Positions 62,022 to 64,000 of a DNA stretch of 64,000 bases are shown piece by piece. Made by a program: the position numbers and the translations under genes. The stretch's first letter is position 1; each line of letters starts with the position of its first letter. The notes under the pieces are model-generated. The model ran no database searches. It had not been told where the DNA came from and was given only the letters and a program-made list of their open reading frames with translations. Source of the stretch: an uncultured bacterium (GTDB taxonomy: Bacteria; Verrucomicrobiota; Verrucomicrobiia; Limisphaerales; UBA8199); NCBI GenBank assembly GCA_963749495.1, contig CAVVMW010000028.1:1-64000 (forward strand), given 5' to 3'.

Positions 62022-64000
62022 TCAGCGGTGGATGGCCTGGGGCCTCTTGGCGCGGCTGCCGGCGCGGCAGAGGGACTGGATTTCCGAGGCCATCAGCGCG
62101 CGGGCGTAGAGCCTGATCTCGTCCATCTTGCCGGCAAACCGCGTCCCCGCCCCGTCATCATAGGGCCGCAGCCCGAACCAAAGATCGCCCGTCGTCATCG
62201 GCCTCACCAGCCCGATGGCTGCCCGCTGGACGGCGTTTCCGTTGAGATACAAAGCCGCAACGCCGCTGGTCTTGCTGTAGGTCAGCGCCACATGCTGCCA
62301 GGCATTGGGCACCACCAGCCCCCCCGTGCTGAAAATCGGATGTGGCTGAAGAGCGACGTCTTTGAGGTCGGCCCACAATGACCCGGGCCCGCCGCCCGCC
62401 GGCAGTGGCCCCGAGAGCCAGAAGTTGACGCCGAAGGAGCCATTGTTCCATTCCACCAGGGGCTGCTCTGCCGCAACGTCGGCCGGGTTGATCCAGGCCG
62501 CCACGGTGAACCCGTCGCCGGCGCCCACATCCAGACTGTCCGAGGGCGGCACACGCACATCGGCGTCCACGCCATTGAAGACCAAGGCCCGCCCCACCTC
62601 ACCGGACGCAAAGGCCAGTCCTCCCTCGGCTTCCCCGTTGTTTGTGCCCGTGCTGTCCAGGGCATTGCCCTCCCCAGCCCACCACCCAACCAGACCCGAG
62701 TGTGGAGAATAGTCGGCGGCGGCCTTTTCTCTGGCGAGCCTGGCTTCGTCATAATCCTGCTGGCTGATGACATGGGCATCCCGCAACTCCGTCATGCGCT
62801 TGAGTTTAGCGTCGGCTTGCTCAAAACCCAGGCGAGCGGCGGCGTCCTGCCGGCTTTGGCGTGCCCCCTGCTCCTTGAGCCTGGCCTCCAGACGCGTCAC
62901 TTCGCTCGACCAGAGGGCGTCCTGCCGGCGGGCCAGGTCCAGCCCGGCCTGCGCCTGCTCGACCTCCGCCTTTTTGCCGGGGTGAAGCACATCCATTTGA
63001 AGCATAGCCTTGGCCGCCGCCAGCCTGGCTTGCCCATCGGCCACGCCGCGCCTGGCCTTGAGGAGTTCATTTCGCGCTTGCGCCAGTTGCCATTCCAGGG
63101 TGGCGGTCTCATCGGCGGAATGCGGCCGCGCGCCGGCGCCAACCTCGGCTTGGGGCGCTGCGCTCGTAACGCCAGGGGCGTACCGCTGGCACAGCCTCAC
63201 GAGCACCGTCTGATCGGAGAACTCGCGCAGGATGCGCCCGTATTGCGAGCGGGCATCGTCCATCCGGCCCATCCGGCGGTAACACTCGCCCATCCGGAAG
63301 ATGGCGTTGGCCGCCAACGGCCTCTGGGCGTCGAACTGGCTGATGAGCGACTGGTAGGACTGGACCGCGGCGGCCAGGTCCAGATTGAGGTCCTCCTCGA
63401 GGATGCCGCGAGAAAGTGCTCCTTCGTTGACGGGCCGAGGCCGAGGGGCGGCTGGCGAACGGAGCACTTCGACATTCGAGGGCTCAGGGGCTGGCGGCTC
63501 AGCCTCCCAGTTCGGAATCCCGTAAGGCCCGGGCAGCACTGCGCGCGCGGTCATCCTGAAATTGCTCAGCCTCAGCCCAACGGCCTGTCCTCCGAACCCA
63601 TTGCCGGTCCACGACCCCACGTGTATTTGATAGTCCCTAAGGAAGAGCGGGTTGCCGGACTGTTTGCCCGTCAGTACCCAGGCCTCGTCCGGTGAACTCC
63701 GATGATAGCCCAGGAGCGTTCCTCCCTGGCGCACCAGCCGCAGAGACCCGTGCTCATCGTCCGTGGGCACATTGACAAAGGGGCCCGCAATGAAGCAGTA
63801 ATTCTCCCCCCGTTCAGGAGTTGACTCTCGATGCATGCCGACAAACGGCCGAAGACCCAAGCCCAGCCTCACCCCGTTGGCCCCAGGCCAGTTCTTGAGT
63901 GTGTAATCGATGTCCACCGCGAAGTCCCCGCGCAAGGCGAAGGTCGAAATATACTCGGCACCCAACACGCTCTCACCGGTTGCCTCGGCCGAATAGTCCA
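62022..64000 (-). CDS. TPR/coiled-coil/LamG multidomain protein (5' end outside the window)
   Basis: AIFRMGECYRRMG TPR; C-terminal LVGWW.GEGNA...WQHVALTY...MDEIRLY LamG domain. Confidence 0.85.
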   Translation of the reverse strand, partial: DYSAEATGESVLGAEYISTFALRGDFAVDIDYTLKNWPGANGVRLGLGLRPFVGMHRESTPERGENYCFIAGPFVNVPTDDEHGSLRLVRQGGTLLGYHRSSPDEAWVLTGKQSGNPLFLRDYQIHVGSWTGNGFGGQAVGLRLSNFRMTARAVLPGPYGIPNWEAEPPAPEPSNVEVLRSPAAPRPRPVNEGALSRGILEEDLNLDLAAAVQSYQSLISQFDAQRPLAANAIFRMGECYRRMGRMDDARSQYGRILREFSDQTVLVRLCQRYAPGVTSAAPQAEVGAGARPHSADETATLEWQLAQARNELLKARRGVADGQARLAAAKAMLQMDVLHPGKKAEVEQAQAGLDLARRQDALWSSEVTRLEARLKEQGARQSRQDAAARLGFEQADAKLKRMTELRDAHVISQQDYDEARLAREKAAADYSPHSGLVGWWAGEGNALDSTGTNNGEAEGGLAFASGEVGRALVFNGVDADVRVPPSDSLDVGAGDGFTVAAWINPADVAAEQPLVEWNNGSFGVNFWLSGPLPAGGGPGSLWADLKDVALQPHPIFSTGGLVVPNAWQHVALTYSKTSGVAALYLNGNAVQRAAIGLVRPMTTGDLWFGLRPYDDGAGTRFAGKMDEIRLYARALMASEIQSLCRAGSRAKRPQAIHR

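Overview
GC-rich bacterial chromosomal window. The gene content (prepilin-type H-X9-DG protein, multi-LamG/Ig proteins, TIGR03067-type protein, many palindromic repeats) suggests Verrucomicrobiota/PVC; this is an inference. Housekeeping and metabolic genes include an Fe-ADH/ALDH/glutamine-synthetase-like operon, dCMP deaminase, M29 aminopeptidase, BlaI/BlaR1, comB, ogg, a PAP2-glycosyltransferase fusion, ilvD, an ABC exporter, dedA, aroK and queG. They are interspersed with accessory DNA: many toxin-antitoxin modules, several with the toxin cut off after a few codons; an island with a HUH rolling-circle initiator; a 10-copy ~120-bp tandem array fused to the 3' end of tRNA-Asp; an IS4-family element with a passenger gene; and an ATPase/PIN pair. 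The top candidates for novelty are (1) an exported FG-GAP/VCBS-repeat protein with an in-frame TGA-TGC followed by a SECIS-like hairpin (putative Sec-Cys selenoprotein), (2) the tRNA-linked CCA-punctuated repeat array next to the integrase-less HUH-Rep island, and (3) IlvD with a large NTF2/SnoaL-like insertion. About eight otherwise intact genes carry single-base frameshifts, probably assembly indels. All family assignments are from motif recognition by eye, not database searches.
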